Shown here piece after piece: positions 17,128 to 26,945 of a stretch of DNA of 64,000 nt. Location of the stretch: positions 26,377-90,376 of IMG/VR virus record IMGVR_UViG_3300009009_000003. One strand, 5' to 3'. Within the stretch, counting starts at the first letter, position 1. Each line of letters starts with the position of its first letter. This stretch comes from a virus. Made by a program: the position numbers and the translations under genes. The notes beneath the pieces are model-generated. The model made no database searches. It saw only the letters and a list, made by a program, of their open reading frames with translations, and was not told the origin of the DNA.

Positions 17128-17212
17128 AAGAATTCCTCAAAATATAGTTGGGAAGGGGAGCAGGATAAACTTTTAAACCCACTTCCCCTTTTACGATGGG
17201 GCAATCAACCAA

Positions 17213-18265
17213 CTATAGGTCTATATATTTTGGTTTTCTTTTTATACTTATTTCATCTTCGATTTGCTTCCATAAATTTGCTGTCAATTCTTTTAGTTTC
17301 GGTTCCAAACCCTTTTCTTCTATGAAAGAAATAAGATCATCTTCTCTCATTTGCTCTTCGCTAATCCCATCAGCTAGTATATACCCACCGCCCTTCTTCC
17401 CCCAAAACTTATTATCAACAAGAAAATTAATACAGGATTTAATATCATCCACCCCGTAATCATAATACACAGGAAAACTAATTTCTCTTAGCTTTCCTGT
17501 GTATTTGTTCTTTTTTACTTTAGCAATAATATTTTGTCCTAGAGTATGTGAATTTCTTGTTTTGGCTTTAATGCTACTTTCTTTGGATAACCATATCTCA
17601 TGGGAAGACCAAAACTCCAAAGCTCTTCCACCTGATTTGGTTTTCTTCGGTCCGTACATAACATTAAGGCTGTCTCTAGTTTGGGAGATTATTAGTGATA
17701 GAGAATTTGTTTTCTCTACCCCTTCAGCAAAGTTTCGAAATGCTTCTGATGCCCATTTTGCCTTTTCAGATTTGAAGCTGCCTTTTATATCTTCTGTTTC
17801 ATTACTAAGAACCTTCTTTACTATTTCATCACCCCTCTTTTTTTCTTCTTCTGAAGAAAGACCGTCAAAAGAGTCTGTGATGTAGACAAATGGTTTATTG
17901 TCAGCCATCATTCTAAGATGGTTTCCATACCATTGTTGTATGGTTCGAGAGTTAATGTCTCTTCTTATCCTCTCGCTTACTCTTTTTCCAAATAGTTTTG
18001 AAACATTAAATTCCAGGGCAACTTCAGTATCATCATAAATAAGCTCATAGTCATCAAATCTCTTATCCTGACAAAGCTCTGCCAGCATAGTTAAAGCAAG
18101 CATACTCTTTCCAGCAGAAGAATCACCTATCAAATTTATTATCTTTCCAAAAGGATACCCACCGAAAGCATTATCAGAAAGAGCAAGATTAAGAAGTGTG
18201 CTTCCTGTTTGTATAAAGCCATTTTCTAATTTTATTTCTTCTTGCTCTTTCCTTTTTGGACTCAT
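17213..18265 (-). CDS. recA: RecA/UvsX-like recombinase
   Basis: TGSTLLNLAL..GGYPFGKI, GDSSAGKS, DS, SGGRALEF, KVKKNK, YDYGVD. Confidence 0.9.
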   Translation of the reverse strand: MSPKRKEQEEIKLENGFIQTGSTLLNLALSDNAFGGYPFGKIINLIGDSSAGKSMLALTMLAELCQDKRFDDYELIYDDTEVALEFNVSKLFGKRVSERIRRDINSRTIQQWYGNHLRMMADNKPFVYITDSFDGLSSEEEKKRGDEIVKKVLSNETEDIKGSFKSEKAKWASEAFRNFAEGVEKTNSLSLIISQTRDSLNVMYGPKKTKSGGRALEFWSSHEIWLSKESSIKAKTRNSHTLGQNIIAKVKKNKYTGKLREISFPVYYDYGVDDIKSCINFLVDNKFWGKKGGGYILADGISEEQMREDDLISFIEEKGLEPKLKELTANLWKQIEDEISIKRKPKYIDL

Positions 18266-19248
18266 TCCATTCTCCTTCTCATTCTTTTAGGTGGATCGCT
18301 TGGTTCTGGAACATCCACATGCTCAGTAAATCTTCTTCTTCTGGGTTCTTCAACTGGTTTTTCCTGTACAGGTTCTGGTTTGGTAAGCAATTCGTATGCT
18401 TCAATACATTGGTCAACTTGCGAGCATGTGTCACACTCGGGATACTGCTCAGGTGCTACACCAAAATATTCACCTGCCGGACACCTTCTTGCATTTATCG
18501 GTTTTTCATCAACAGAATCTTTTTTACCCATAAGGGCATTTTTCATTGAATCATAGGATGGGTGCATATCAAGCAACTCATCCAAAGGAACAACCATATC
18601 TAAAATATCATCAGGTATGGGTTCCCGTCTATCAACAAAAGCGTGGCCAAGATATTCCATTGTTTCTTTAGACTTAGAAACTATTTTGAACCTGATGCTT
18701 CTCCCATTATCAGGATCAAGATAGTTTATGTACCCACCACCTCTGGGCAATCTTGCCAATTCACTGATTTTTTCTTCAAAGAAGAAGTAAGCCACTTCCC
18801 AGGGAATGGGTCCCAATTTTTCAATTATCCCTTTTTCATCATGTACCCATACATTATATATTTCTCTTCGGTATGTTCTCAGTGCAGTGTAATCATCACC
18901 GCTTGGACGTTCTTCTTTAATATATTCACATATAGGACAAGGCTCTTTGAAATTTTTTAGTGGGCAAACAAAATTATCATTGAGCATACCTATTCTTCTG
19001 TGGATAAACAGATCGCAATTGTAAGCAATTTCACCTTTCTTTAAATGGGGGTGGTTAGCACCAGCAAAGAATGGAATAATGTCTATAAGATGCACCTCAT
19101 TCTTTTCAGGCATCCATATTTTCATTCCTTCAGGAAACTTCTCTTTCAAAAATATGGAACGACCGGATATCTGTCGTTCTTCAGTTTCCTGTCTACGTTT
19201 CAACAAATCTTGCCTATGTTCTGACATTCTTTTTCTCATAGTGGACAT
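18262..19248 (-). CDS. Probable gp32-like single-stranded DNA-binding protein
   Basis: H..I...FVCP......CPICE zinc motif, LDPDNGRSI; position between recA and a UvsY-like gene. Confidence 0.6.
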   Translation of the reverse strand: MSTMRKRMSEHRQDLLKRRQETEERQISGRSIFLKEKFPEGMKIWMPEKNEVHLIDIIPFFAGANHPHLKKGEIAYNCDLFIHRRIGMLNDNFVCPLKNFKEPCPICEYIKEERPSGDDYTALRTYRREIYNVWVHDEKGIIEKLGPIPWEVAYFFFEEKISELARLPRGGGYINYLDPDNGRSIRFKIVSKSKETMEYLGHAFVDRREPIPDDILDMVVPLDELLDMHPSYDSMKNALMGKKDSVDEKPINARRCPAGEYFGVAPEQYPECDTCSQVDQCIEAYELLTKPEPVQEKPVEEPRRRRFTEHVDVPEPSDPPKRMRRRME

Positions 19249-19250
19249 AA

Positions 19251-19709
19251 TTACTCTCCTTTTTTCATTCTTGATGAATTAATGTTTTCCGTTTTCATTT
19301 TCTGTATAGCTTCACCGACATCTTTATCTGTGCAATAATAATTGTGAACATATAACTGAACAAGAAGCTCCAACATTTTTTTCTTTTGGTCAAGTGCTTT
19401 CAACATATTTTCCAATGAATTCATTTCTTTCTGTTTTTCAATTACATCTTTTCTTAAATCTGAAACCTCTTTATTTGAAGTTATGGCAGAAGATATTGCT
19501 GCTTCAGTTGTTTTTATATCCGGTGAAATTCCGTTTGTTCTAAAATAAATATCCAAACCGGCTTCCGTTTCCTTTAGCTTAAATTTTATATCTCCCAATT
19601 CATTATCTAATTTAGCTAATTTCTCACTATAGAAAAAATAAAGGCTTGACTGATTTTCACAAAGAGAATCAAGGTTATACTTATCAATTGCTAAATCTTT
19701 ATCTAACAT
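19251..19709 (-). CDS. UvsY-like recombination mediator
   Basis: Helical coiled coil with KTTEAAI...ALDQKKKML pattern; gene context. Confidence 0.55.
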   Translation of the reverse strand: MLDKDLAIDKYNLDSLCENQSSLYFFYSEKLAKLDNELGDIKFKLKETEAGLDIYFRTNGISPDIKTTEAAISSAITSNKEVSDLRKDVIEKQKEMNSLENMLKALDQKKKMLELLVQLYVHNYYCTDKDVGEAIQKMKTENINSSRMKKGE

Positions 19710-19729
19710 ATTTCACCTCAGTACATATT

Positions 19730-19757
19730 ATTATAACATAGTTTAGAGTAAAGTCAA
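19730..19757 (-). promoter_or_regulatory. Sigma70-type promoter
   Basis: TTGACT-N16-TATAAT with a TG extended -10. Confidence 0.7.
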
Positions 19758-19766
19758 TAGATTTTT

Positions 19767-20702
19767 TTACTTGATGCAAGATAAAAGACATGCTGCTGAT
19801 AGACCTGCTTTCCCTGAATAAATAAAACTATCGGTAAAGTTTAGAATTATGGATGTAATGAACTCCGCTTTCTTTTCATTACTAGATAGTAGTACTTTAT
19901 TCAAATAACCAAGAATGGCATATCTGGCTGCTTCTGCTTCTCCATTATATCCACTTAATATATTTCTTATTTTGTCCCATTTTTCTGATGGGTTTTCTGT
20001 GGATATGAGTGCTCGGCAAATATCAATGGATAGATTCTCTCTTGTTACTACATGGGAAATACATTTAATTGCTTCTTCTTCAGATTCAATATCAATTACT
20101 GAATCAAGTAATGACAACGCCCTTCCGAAAGAACCTTCACAAGAAGCGGAGATTTCCTTCAGAAGATTGTTTAGTGGGTCATTAATTCCCTCCTTCTTTA
20201 ATATTCTTTCTAATCCTTTTATTATTGTTTCTCTGTCTAACAACTCCAATTCCCCACAAAAGCACCTTCGTTTTATAGTGATCTTAATCTTTTCGGGTTC
20301 AGTGGTGGAGAGTACATACAGAACATGCTTAGGTGGCTCTTCTAGCATAAGCAGAAGGGACTCTTGTGCAGCTCCAGTAATCTGGTGACACTCATCAAGC
20401 AAGTATAGTTTGTACTTCCCCATAATAGGTTTATAAGCAGTGCTTTCCCCAATTTCTCTTATTGTGTCAATCCCCCTTGTATTGGCTGCATTGTAAATAA
20501 AAAAATCACAATCAGCTATCTTAAAAAAGTTTTTTAATATGTAGGCCATTGTTGTCTTGCCACATCCTGAAGGGCCACTAAAGAAATACGAGTGTGGAAC
20601 ATCCTCCTTTCTATTCAAAACGGAAGTAAGGCTTGCTTTTGTTTTTTCATTTCCAATTAATTCAGTGTATGTTTTTGTTCTGTACTTTGTTTGCAAAGGC
20701 AT
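19767..20702 (-). CDS. dnaX: DnaX-like clamp loader AAA+ ATPase
   Basis: KYR, GPSGCGKTT, RGIDTIR, LDECHQ, LEEPP, TTEPEKI. Confidence 0.85.
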   Translation of the reverse strand: MPLQTKYRTKTYTELIGNEKTKASLTSVLNRKEDVPHSYFFSGPSGCGKTTMAYILKNFFKIADCDFFIYNAANTRGIDTIREIGESTAYKPIMGKYKLYLLDECHQITGAAQESLLLMLEEPPKHVLYVLSTTEPEKIKITIKRRCFCGELELLDRETIIKGLERILKKEGINDPLNNLLKEISASCEGSFGRALSLLDSVIDIESEEEAIKCISHVVTRENLSIDICRALISTENPSEKWDKIRNILSGYNGEAEAARYAILGYLNKVLLSSNEKKAEFITSIILNFTDSFIYSGKAGLSAACLLSCIK

Positions 20703-20935
20703 GTGTTCTCCTCAGTTCCTTCATTTAAAACAGAAACAAACGCAGTATCACACTTTGGACACAATAAAGTGAATTCTGGGTCACTGTCAGTTAGTTTTTG
20801 GATTAAAATTAGATTGTCATCTTTACATTCATAACATATTCCTTTTGTTCTGCTTACTCGATACTCTCTGGATTGACAAAAATCAATTGTTTCGTCATCC
20901 ATTAAATCAAAAACCATTCCACTGAGACTATTCAT
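20657..20935 (-). CDS. Small zinc-finger protein
   Basis: CYEC and CPKC pairs. Confidence 0.45.
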   Translation of the reverse strand: MNSLSGMVFDLMDDETIDFCQSREYRVSRTKGICYECKDDNLILIQKLTDSDPEFTLLCPKCDTAFVSVLNEGTEENTCLCKQSTEQKHTLN

Positions 20936-20950
20936 TTTATCACCTCCTTT

Positions 20951-23491
20951 CTATTTCTTTCCATACCATCCTTCGTTTATGTCTGTGATTTCAAATTCAA
21001 TTTCTAAAGGAACTATTATCCAAGGGTTTTTCTTTATCAATTGATCAGTTCCCATGTACTTTATTATTTCTATAATTTCATCTTTTTCGGGTGGGAATAA
21101 GTCAATTACAATGGAATCGTGTATTTGCCCCACTATCTTCGATTTATAATTTCTTTTGGTTATTTTCTTATTCACATGAATTAAAGTCCAAAGAAGACAG
21201 TGAAAAGCAGTTCCTTGTATAGGATAATTTGTTACATCATTATATTTCATGTAGCCTGTAAACTCAAACCCAAAGAATGTTTTTATCCTACCGGTTCTTC
21301 TATACAAAGAATTTATGTTTTCCTTCCACATATCATAAACACAAAAACGTTCCCCCCAAAATATTCTTTCACACTTCTTGCAGTGTTCTAAAAAAAGCTC
21401 TAAAGATGTTATACCTTTAGTTTTCAGATGATCTTTTACAGTAGAACCAGATTTAAACTTTAGATTTAAAACCGCCATCCATATGTTTGTCCCACACTCT
21501 TTCCAATAGCTGCCGTAGAATTGTGGGAAAGTCCAACCATTTTTGCCATAGAACCTTATTTCTTTTGTAATCTCCTCTGGTTTGATCATAAACAAATCAC
21601 AGCAAACGTCCCTATGCATATCAGTGGTTGGATCTTTTATATATTTAATCATATTTGGATCTTTGTGATAACAAACAGAAATACGAACTTCTATTCCAGA
21701 GTAATCTGCTTCCAGTATTTGGTTTCCTGGAGTTGGAATAATTCCGGATCTAACAATTTTCTTTGCTTCTTCTTCTCTAACAGGGATGTTTTGAAAATTT
21801 GGTTTTGAAGAACTTGACCTGTATGATTTTGGATTCACTAAGTCAAAACAAGGGTGTATTTTACCATTACACACTTCTCTTTTAAACTGTGCTAAATAGG
21901 TTCCCTTTGTTTTCTCCAACCTTCTTAATTCCAAAAGCTTGTTTCCTGTTGGAAACTTACTGGCTATCTTTTCTATAGAATTTTTATCTAATGATAAATT
22001 TCCTTTTTCAGTATATCTTTTGCCTGCTCCCACTATTTCATAAAACAGAAATCCCAAATCTTTAGATGCCCCCCAATCAATCTTCTTATGCTTTATTTCA
22101 AAAAATTTCTTTGCTTCCACAGAATCGTTTAGTTCGTTCTTTAAATTTTCTATTCTTATGGAAAGTTCAATATCAGCTTTATTAAAGTACTCTTCATCTA
22201 CACAAATTCCGTTATACTCACAATCAGCAAGTGCAATTTGACCTTCAATAAACAAATCGGTTGCCGATGCCCAATCAGCATCTTGATATTTACTGTGCAA
22301 TTTATAAAGTTCTCTACTGTAGAAAGTATCAAGTGCATTATATCTGAGCAGCTTATCCAATGGTATTTTATCAACTGAATTAAATTCTGCCCCTTCTAAA
22401 AAATCTTCTACTTCTTTATTGTATGGTCGAACACCAAAGTTTAAATAGGTTTGGAATTTCAGATCACAAAACTTTTGTCTGTTGTCAATGCATCTTGCCC
22501 CGATCATGGTGTCCCATTCCCAATCTAATTTCTCAACACCAAGAATACATCTTGCCCAATTATGTTCAAACTTTAGGTTGTGTGCAACCAACCTTTTGGA
22601 CTCCATTATATTCTTTAAATAGAGTTTTATTTCTTTTGTTTCAGCCTCAGAGAAATAGTTTCGATAATTAATTGGAAAAGAATACACATTGCCCTGTAGA
22701 TTTGCTAGGGAAACTGATGCTATGAAGTGTCCTGATCTATAAGGCCGTAGTCCTGAAGTTTCAAAATCAATAAATAAAGGGGAGTTTACATTAAGTATTT
22801 CTTTTAAAGCATTGATTATTTCATTAAATTGATATAATTCAAAAATAACATTATCTGTTTTTGGTTCAGGTTTTATTTTTTCTCTTAGATTTAAAGAAGC
22901 TTCTTTTAGATCATGGATAAAGCAAGATAAAAGATTTTCATCATTTTCGTTTCTCATTATAAATGATGGGTGAAATAATACATTAACAATGGAGTTAGTT
23001 TTCCTATCAGGTATAGTTAATCCTCTAAATCTGGATATGGAAGTATCCTTAAAATCTTCACCAAGAAATGATTCTAAGGAAACATTTCCCAGAAGCCATA
23101 TCTTTTCAGGTTGTAATTTTTCAATTATATTATTTACAAATGGTCGGCAATACTTTATGTGGTCATCCGTGGGGGTTTCACTTTTTCCTGGATAACAATT
23201 TACAGCATTAATTTTCCAAAAATCTCTATCTAAATCCAGTCCAATTGATTTAAGTTTACTTCTTAAAAACTCTCCAGCTCTTCCTATTAGCTGAGTTCCC
23301 AATCTATCTTCATTTTCTCCAGGTGCTTCAGCAATTATCAAACATTTTTTCTCCCCCCTTCCTGTATAGTTCATTTTGGGGGTGATACAGGTGTGGAGTA
23401 ATCCACACCTGTAGCAGTTAGAATTATTATCAGGATCAAAATTTTCCTTGGACCATTCTTCCATTTGTTTTTTGGTAAATAAAGAATTCAC
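20951..23491 (-). CDS. polA: Family A DNA polymerase with an N-terminal family-4 uracil-DNA glycosylase domain
   Basis: UDG4 CxxC, AEAPG, NAVNC, HPSF; 3'-5' exonuclease DFETSG, HNLKFE, YNALD; polymerase PNFQNIP, ADYSGIEVR, NYPIQG, QIHDS. Confidence 0.92.
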   Translation of the reverse strand: MNSLFTKKQMEEWSKENFDPDNNSNCYRCGLLHTCITPKMNYTGRGEKKCLIIAEAPGENEDRLGTQLIGRAGEFLRSKLKSIGLDLDRDFWKINAVNCYPGKSETPTDDHIKYCRPFVNNIIEKLQPEKIWLLGNVSLESFLGEDFKDTSISRFRGLTIPDRKTNSIVNVLFHPSFIMRNENDENLLSCFIHDLKEASLNLREKIKPEPKTDNVIFELYQFNEIINALKEILNVNSPLFIDFETSGLRPYRSGHFIASVSLANLQGNVYSFPINYRNYFSEAETKEIKLYLKNIMESKRLVAHNLKFEHNWARCILGVEKLDWEWDTMIGARCIDNRQKFCDLKFQTYLNFGVRPYNKEVEDFLEGAEFNSVDKIPLDKLLRYNALDTFYSRELYKLHSKYQDADWASATDLFIEGQIALADCEYNGICVDEEYFNKADIELSIRIENLKNELNDSVEAKKFFEIKHKKIDWGASKDLGFLFYEIVGAGKRYTEKGNLSLDKNSIEKIASKFPTGNKLLELRRLEKTKGTYLAQFKREVCNGKIHPCFDLVNPKSYRSSSSKPNFQNIPVREEEAKKIVRSGIIPTPGNQILEADYSGIEVRISVCYHKDPNMIKYIKDPTTDMHRDVCCDLFMIKPEEITKEIRFYGKNGWTFPQFYGSYWKECGTNIWMAVLNLKFKSGSTVKDHLKTKGITSLELFLEHCKKCERIFWGERFCVYDMWKENINSLYRRTGRIKTFFGFEFTGYMKYNDVTNYPIQGTAFHCLLWTLIHVNKKITKRNYKSKIVGQIHDSIVIDLFPPEKDEIIEIIKYMGTDQLIKKNPWIIVPLEIEFEITDINEGWYGKK

Positions 23492-23492
23492 T

Positions 23493-24548
23493 TTACTCCT
23501 CCGTCATCAATGCAACAAGAACGGTGAGTTTTTTGTTATCATCACAGAAATAAGCCGTGTTATTTGATATTGACAATTTAAAGGAATGGGTGTTTTTAAT
23601 TACCTTTTGAAGATATGTTTTGTTTACTATTATATTAATATCATTATCAGGGTCACTTTCCATTTCCAAAACAGATTCAAGTGAACCTGCTTCACCAGAT
23701 GAAGCCAGCATTTTTATTTTGTTTTCTTCTTTGATTAATCTTATTCCGTGGTCTTTATCAAAGAAGGATAAGAATGGGTTGAGTGCTTTTGTGAATTCAT
23801 CTTTATTAAATTTATACACATGAGCGAAAAAATTATCCTCTTTTAGTAAAGAGGCGACATTTGGAAATTTTCCATTTACCAATCGAACAGCATAATACCC
23901 CAAATCACCGCATAAATAAAGAATTGATTTATCTTTAACAAAGTAAGAGGAAATGGATTTTCCTTTGTCCATACTATATAGGGAAAACAGAATTTCAGAA
24001 GGAACCAATAGTTCCTCTTCAAAAATAATATTGTCTATGTTGTATATACTAAACACTTTTTCATTTGTTGACTCAATTTTGTTTTCATAAATGTGGTAGT
24101 TGTTAAGTGTGCCCTTAATTGGATCGTTTGTGGTAGATGCACAGCACAGATACACACCATTCCAAAAATCTTCAGGTAAACTAATTCTACAACCTTCAGC
24201 AAATCCTTTTTGACATGTGGCAACTGCTTCATAAAATAAATCTGAGCATAGTAAGGTGGGGAGCTTTGCTTTGATAGAGGATGCTTTTATTATAAGTTCA
24301 TTTCCATTTAATGATATATCCATTTCACTATCGGCAATATTAGAGATTATGGAAAAAAACCTATCACAGTTAACAGCACAATCAAACCCTAAGTTTATTT
24401 TCTCTTCACCGTAAACAAGATAATTAAAATAATAAATCTTATCAGTACACAGATTAATACACTTGGTTTCCTCAGAAACACCAAAACCTTTAATGCCAGA
24501 ACGTAACTTTTTGACTATGTTTTTAACTTCTTCTGTTTTTACAATCAT
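23493..24548 (-). CDS. Beta-type sliding clamp-like protein
   Basis: 351 aa, RLVNGKFPN motif, next to PolA and the clamp loader. Confidence 0.6.
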   Translation of the reverse strand: MIVKTEEVKNIVKKLRSGIKGFGVSEETKCINLCTDKIYYFNYLVYGEEKINLGFDCAVNCDRFFSIISNIADSEMDISLNGNELIIKASSIKAKLPTLLCSDLFYEAVATCQKGFAEGCRISLPEDFWNGVYLCCASTTNDPIKGTLNNYHIYENKIESTNEKVFSIYNIDNIIFEEELLVPSEILFSLYSMDKGKSISSYFVKDKSILYLCGDLGYYAVRLVNGKFPNVASLLKEDNFFAHVYKFNKDEFTKALNPFLSFFDKDHGIRLIKEENKIKMLASSGEAGSLESVLEMESDPDNDINIIVNKTYLQKVIKNTHSFKLSISNNTAYFCDDNKKLTVLVALMTEE

Positions 24549-24549
24549 G

Positions 24550-24798
24550 TTAATTACCTTTCTGTAAAACTTCTTTTTTGTTTCGTTCTATTATTGCCAT
24601 TGTGTATTCAAAATCCTTAATAAGGTTTCTAATTGGGGATATTGCTTCACGCCTTCTTATTTCAACCTCAACATCATCACAAGAAATCTTTACGGGACTG
24701 TTTAGATTGTTTTCTCTTATCAAAGCAAGCTGGTTTACAATTTTCTGATATTCTTTTAAATCAGCATCCATTTTATTTATTTTATCCATGAATCCCAT
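24550..24798 (-). CDS. Hypothetical protein
   Basis: ORF in a tightly packed operon. Confidence 0.45.
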   Translation of the reverse strand: MGFMDKINKMDADLKEYQKIVNQLALIRENNLNSPVKISCDDVEVEIRRREAISPIRNLIKDFEYTMAIIERNKKEVLQKGN

Positions 24799-25027
24799 TT
24801 TGTTCCTCCTTTATAGTTTCTGATAAAATTCTCAATCGTTTCGACCATCTGTCAACATCCATTTCCTCTATTTTTGTTTCTACTTCATCCAGAAAATCCT
24901 CAAATTGTTTTAAGAAAACCATTATATTATCTTTTCTTTTTACTAATGGTTTTCTATTTAAAAACTCAGTGATGGAATCACTTTTGCCGTATAAATCATA
25001 AGAAAAATTTGTTTTCTTTTTTATCAT
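24782..25027 (-). CDS. Hypothetical protein
   Basis: ORF in a tightly packed operon. Confidence 0.45.
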   Translation of the reverse strand: MIKKKTNFSYDLYGKSDSITEFLNRKPLVKRKDNIMVFLKQFEDFLDEVETKIEEMDVDRWSKRLRILSETIKEEQNGIHG

Positions 25028-25427
25028 TTGTTTGTTCCTTTTTAGGGGTTAGTTTTAAAAATTCCAAAACTCTTTTGTCAAAGATACAGAACAGTTGACT
25101 GGAATAGAGAGGGCTTAAAATGGACATAAATTCAGGAATGTATGTTTCTTTCTTCCAGTCAACATTTACATTAACAAAATCAAAACCCCTTCGTTTAAAT
25201 ACTTTCATTGCTCTGGATAAAGCAATAAATTTGCCTATCCACCTGTTTTCATTATCTTTATTACTTTTTCTTGAATATCCAAAGCACAGCTCTTCAGTGG
25301 GTCTTTTTATGTAGATAACGGCTACAGTGGTGTTTCCAAAACGTCTTATTCGCAACTTACTTTCCGGACAAATTTTCTCCATATGCTCTTTCATCTTTTT
25401 ATACTTCAATTTGTAATTTTGCGTCAT
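24996..25427 (-). CDS. Hypothetical phage protein
   Basis: TTVAVI...GYS..S.KD...IG..IALSRA small-domain pattern common in phages. Confidence 0.45.
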   Translation of the reverse strand: MTQNYKLKYKKMKEHMEKICPESKLRIRRFGNTTVAVIYIKRPTEELCFGYSRKSNKDNENRWIGKFIALSRAMKVFKRRGFDFVNVNVDWKKETYIPEFMSILSPLYSSQLFCIFDKRVLEFLKLTPKKEQTNDKKENKFFL

Positions 25428-25437
25428 ATTAACCCCT

Positions 25438-26943
25438 TTAATTAAAATCAGAATCCAAATGCGCCTGACCTATGGTTAGTTGTTGTAAAACTGTTACCGA
25501 GTCCGTTTCCATAAAATCTTTGTGCCTATGTGCCATTACGGAAATCCTCATTATACCAAAATCTTTTTCTTCTCTTGTTTGGTTCAAAGCAAGCATACAG
25601 TCAATGTGTCCTAATTTTCCTTTCCATCTTGCTGTGTGTTTTTGGGTTACTACAATGGCTTCCAGTGAATCTCCTGTAGCTTGGGTTCCTGTTACTACCA
25701 AACAATTTCTTTGTGAAGCAAGTCTAGCCAAAGCCATCCATGTTTCATCCTCCTTTAATACTCCAGTAAGTTCATCTCTTTCGGGTTTAAGAATATCAGC
25801 ATGGTCAACAGCAATTAACTTGGGTACATATCCCTCAGTTTTTTCTAAGATATCCAAATCCCTTTCTAAATCAGAAATGTTTGCTGAAAATCGTGGGTAG
25901 GCTTTCATTCGATAGTACTTACTAAAAAACTGCTCTATTCCGGACATCTTGTTTATAATTGTGCTTTCATTGTATTCTGGGACATTAATTTCATCATACC
26001 ATATATCTGGCTCAAATTCTGAATGGTTAATAGTTCTGCAATAGTCGCATGTTTTGTATCGTATATCTCTGGAATATGTAGGTTTTGTTCCATCTGGATT
26101 AAGAAGAATTCTGTCATTGGTTCTTTCCGGAAGTTTACAAGAACCCGATTGGTTTTTGGCACAATCAAAAACAGGATACAAAACAGATTCCGAGTTCTCA
26201 GATGATGGTACCAACCTCTTATAAAATCTTTCCTTCATCTGCTCAATGGTCATTTCAAGAGAAAAGAATACTACAGGCAGTCTGGAAAACATCCCCATGA
26301 TACAAAACTCTTGAAGGTAAAATGTTTTTCCTCTTTTATAAGGTCCGGTAATACCAACAAGCCATCCTGCTTCAAATGGACCGACAAAGTTCCCCAACAT
26401 CCCAGGTAATTTTAAAAGGGGTTCTGTTTTATGGTCGAAGTGCTTCTGTATTTCTTTGCTTTCAAGCGGATTAATCCAATTTGAAGTGATCTTTGATATT
26501 TTTTTAAAAGCCAAAGCTTCATCTTCAGCCTTTTCCAATTGATCTTCTTCAAGAAGGATTTTTATGTTATTGGCTCTTATTTCTAAATCACGTTTTTTGA
26601 AATAGTTGATTGTTTGGTCTGTTAAATAATTAATATTTATTGATTTTTCTATGTAATTACTTTCATCGAGTTCAATTAGGATTTTTTTAATAGCTTCCTT
26701 TTGATCTTCAGATAAAAGGTGTTCTCTTTCATAGAATAAATCAAAAATATCATCTTTTATACAATCATCATATTCCAGAAAGTGGTCGTAGCACCAACAC
26801 ACCATCCTCTTGACATGGTCATCTCTGAAGTAGATTGGTTTCAATATTGACGTTACATTATTAGTAAACTCCTTTGATAGAATTAGGCCAAATAGTATCC
26901 TTTTCTCTAAGGATGTGTCTACCTTTACCCTTTTTATGCTCAT
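25438..26943 (-). CDS. dnaB: DnaB-like replicative helicase
   Basis: GPYKRGKT Walker A, FFSLEM, AVDHADI, TGTQ, ALNQ. Confidence 0.85.
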   Translation of the reverse strand: MSIKRVKVDTSLEKRILFGLILSKEFTNNVTSILKPIYFRDDHVKRMVCWCYDHFLEYDDCIKDDIFDLFYEREHLLSEDQKEAIKKILIELDESNYIEKSININYLTDQTINYFKKRDLEIRANNIKILLEEDQLEKAEDEALAFKKISKITSNWINPLESKEIQKHFDHKTEPLLKLPGMLGNFVGPFEAGWLVGITGPYKRGKTFYLQEFCIMGMFSRLPVVFFSLEMTIEQMKERFYKRLVPSSENSESVLYPVFDCAKNQSGSCKLPERTNDRILLNPDGTKPTYSRDIRYKTCDYCRTINHSEFEPDIWYDEINVPEYNESTIINKMSGIEQFFSKYYRMKAYPRFSANISDLERDLDILEKTEGYVPKLIAVDHADILKPERDELTGVLKEDETWMALARLASQRNCLVVTGTQATGDSLEAIVVTQKHTARWKGKLGHIDCMLALNQTREEKDFGIMRISVMAHRHKDFMETDSVTVLQQLTIGQAHLDSDFN

Positions 26944-26945
26944 AC

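Noticed and set aside
24996-25427. Possible nucleotide-sponge anti-defence protein
   Set aside because: Only a vague resemblance to a widespread small phage domain; not enough without a profile search
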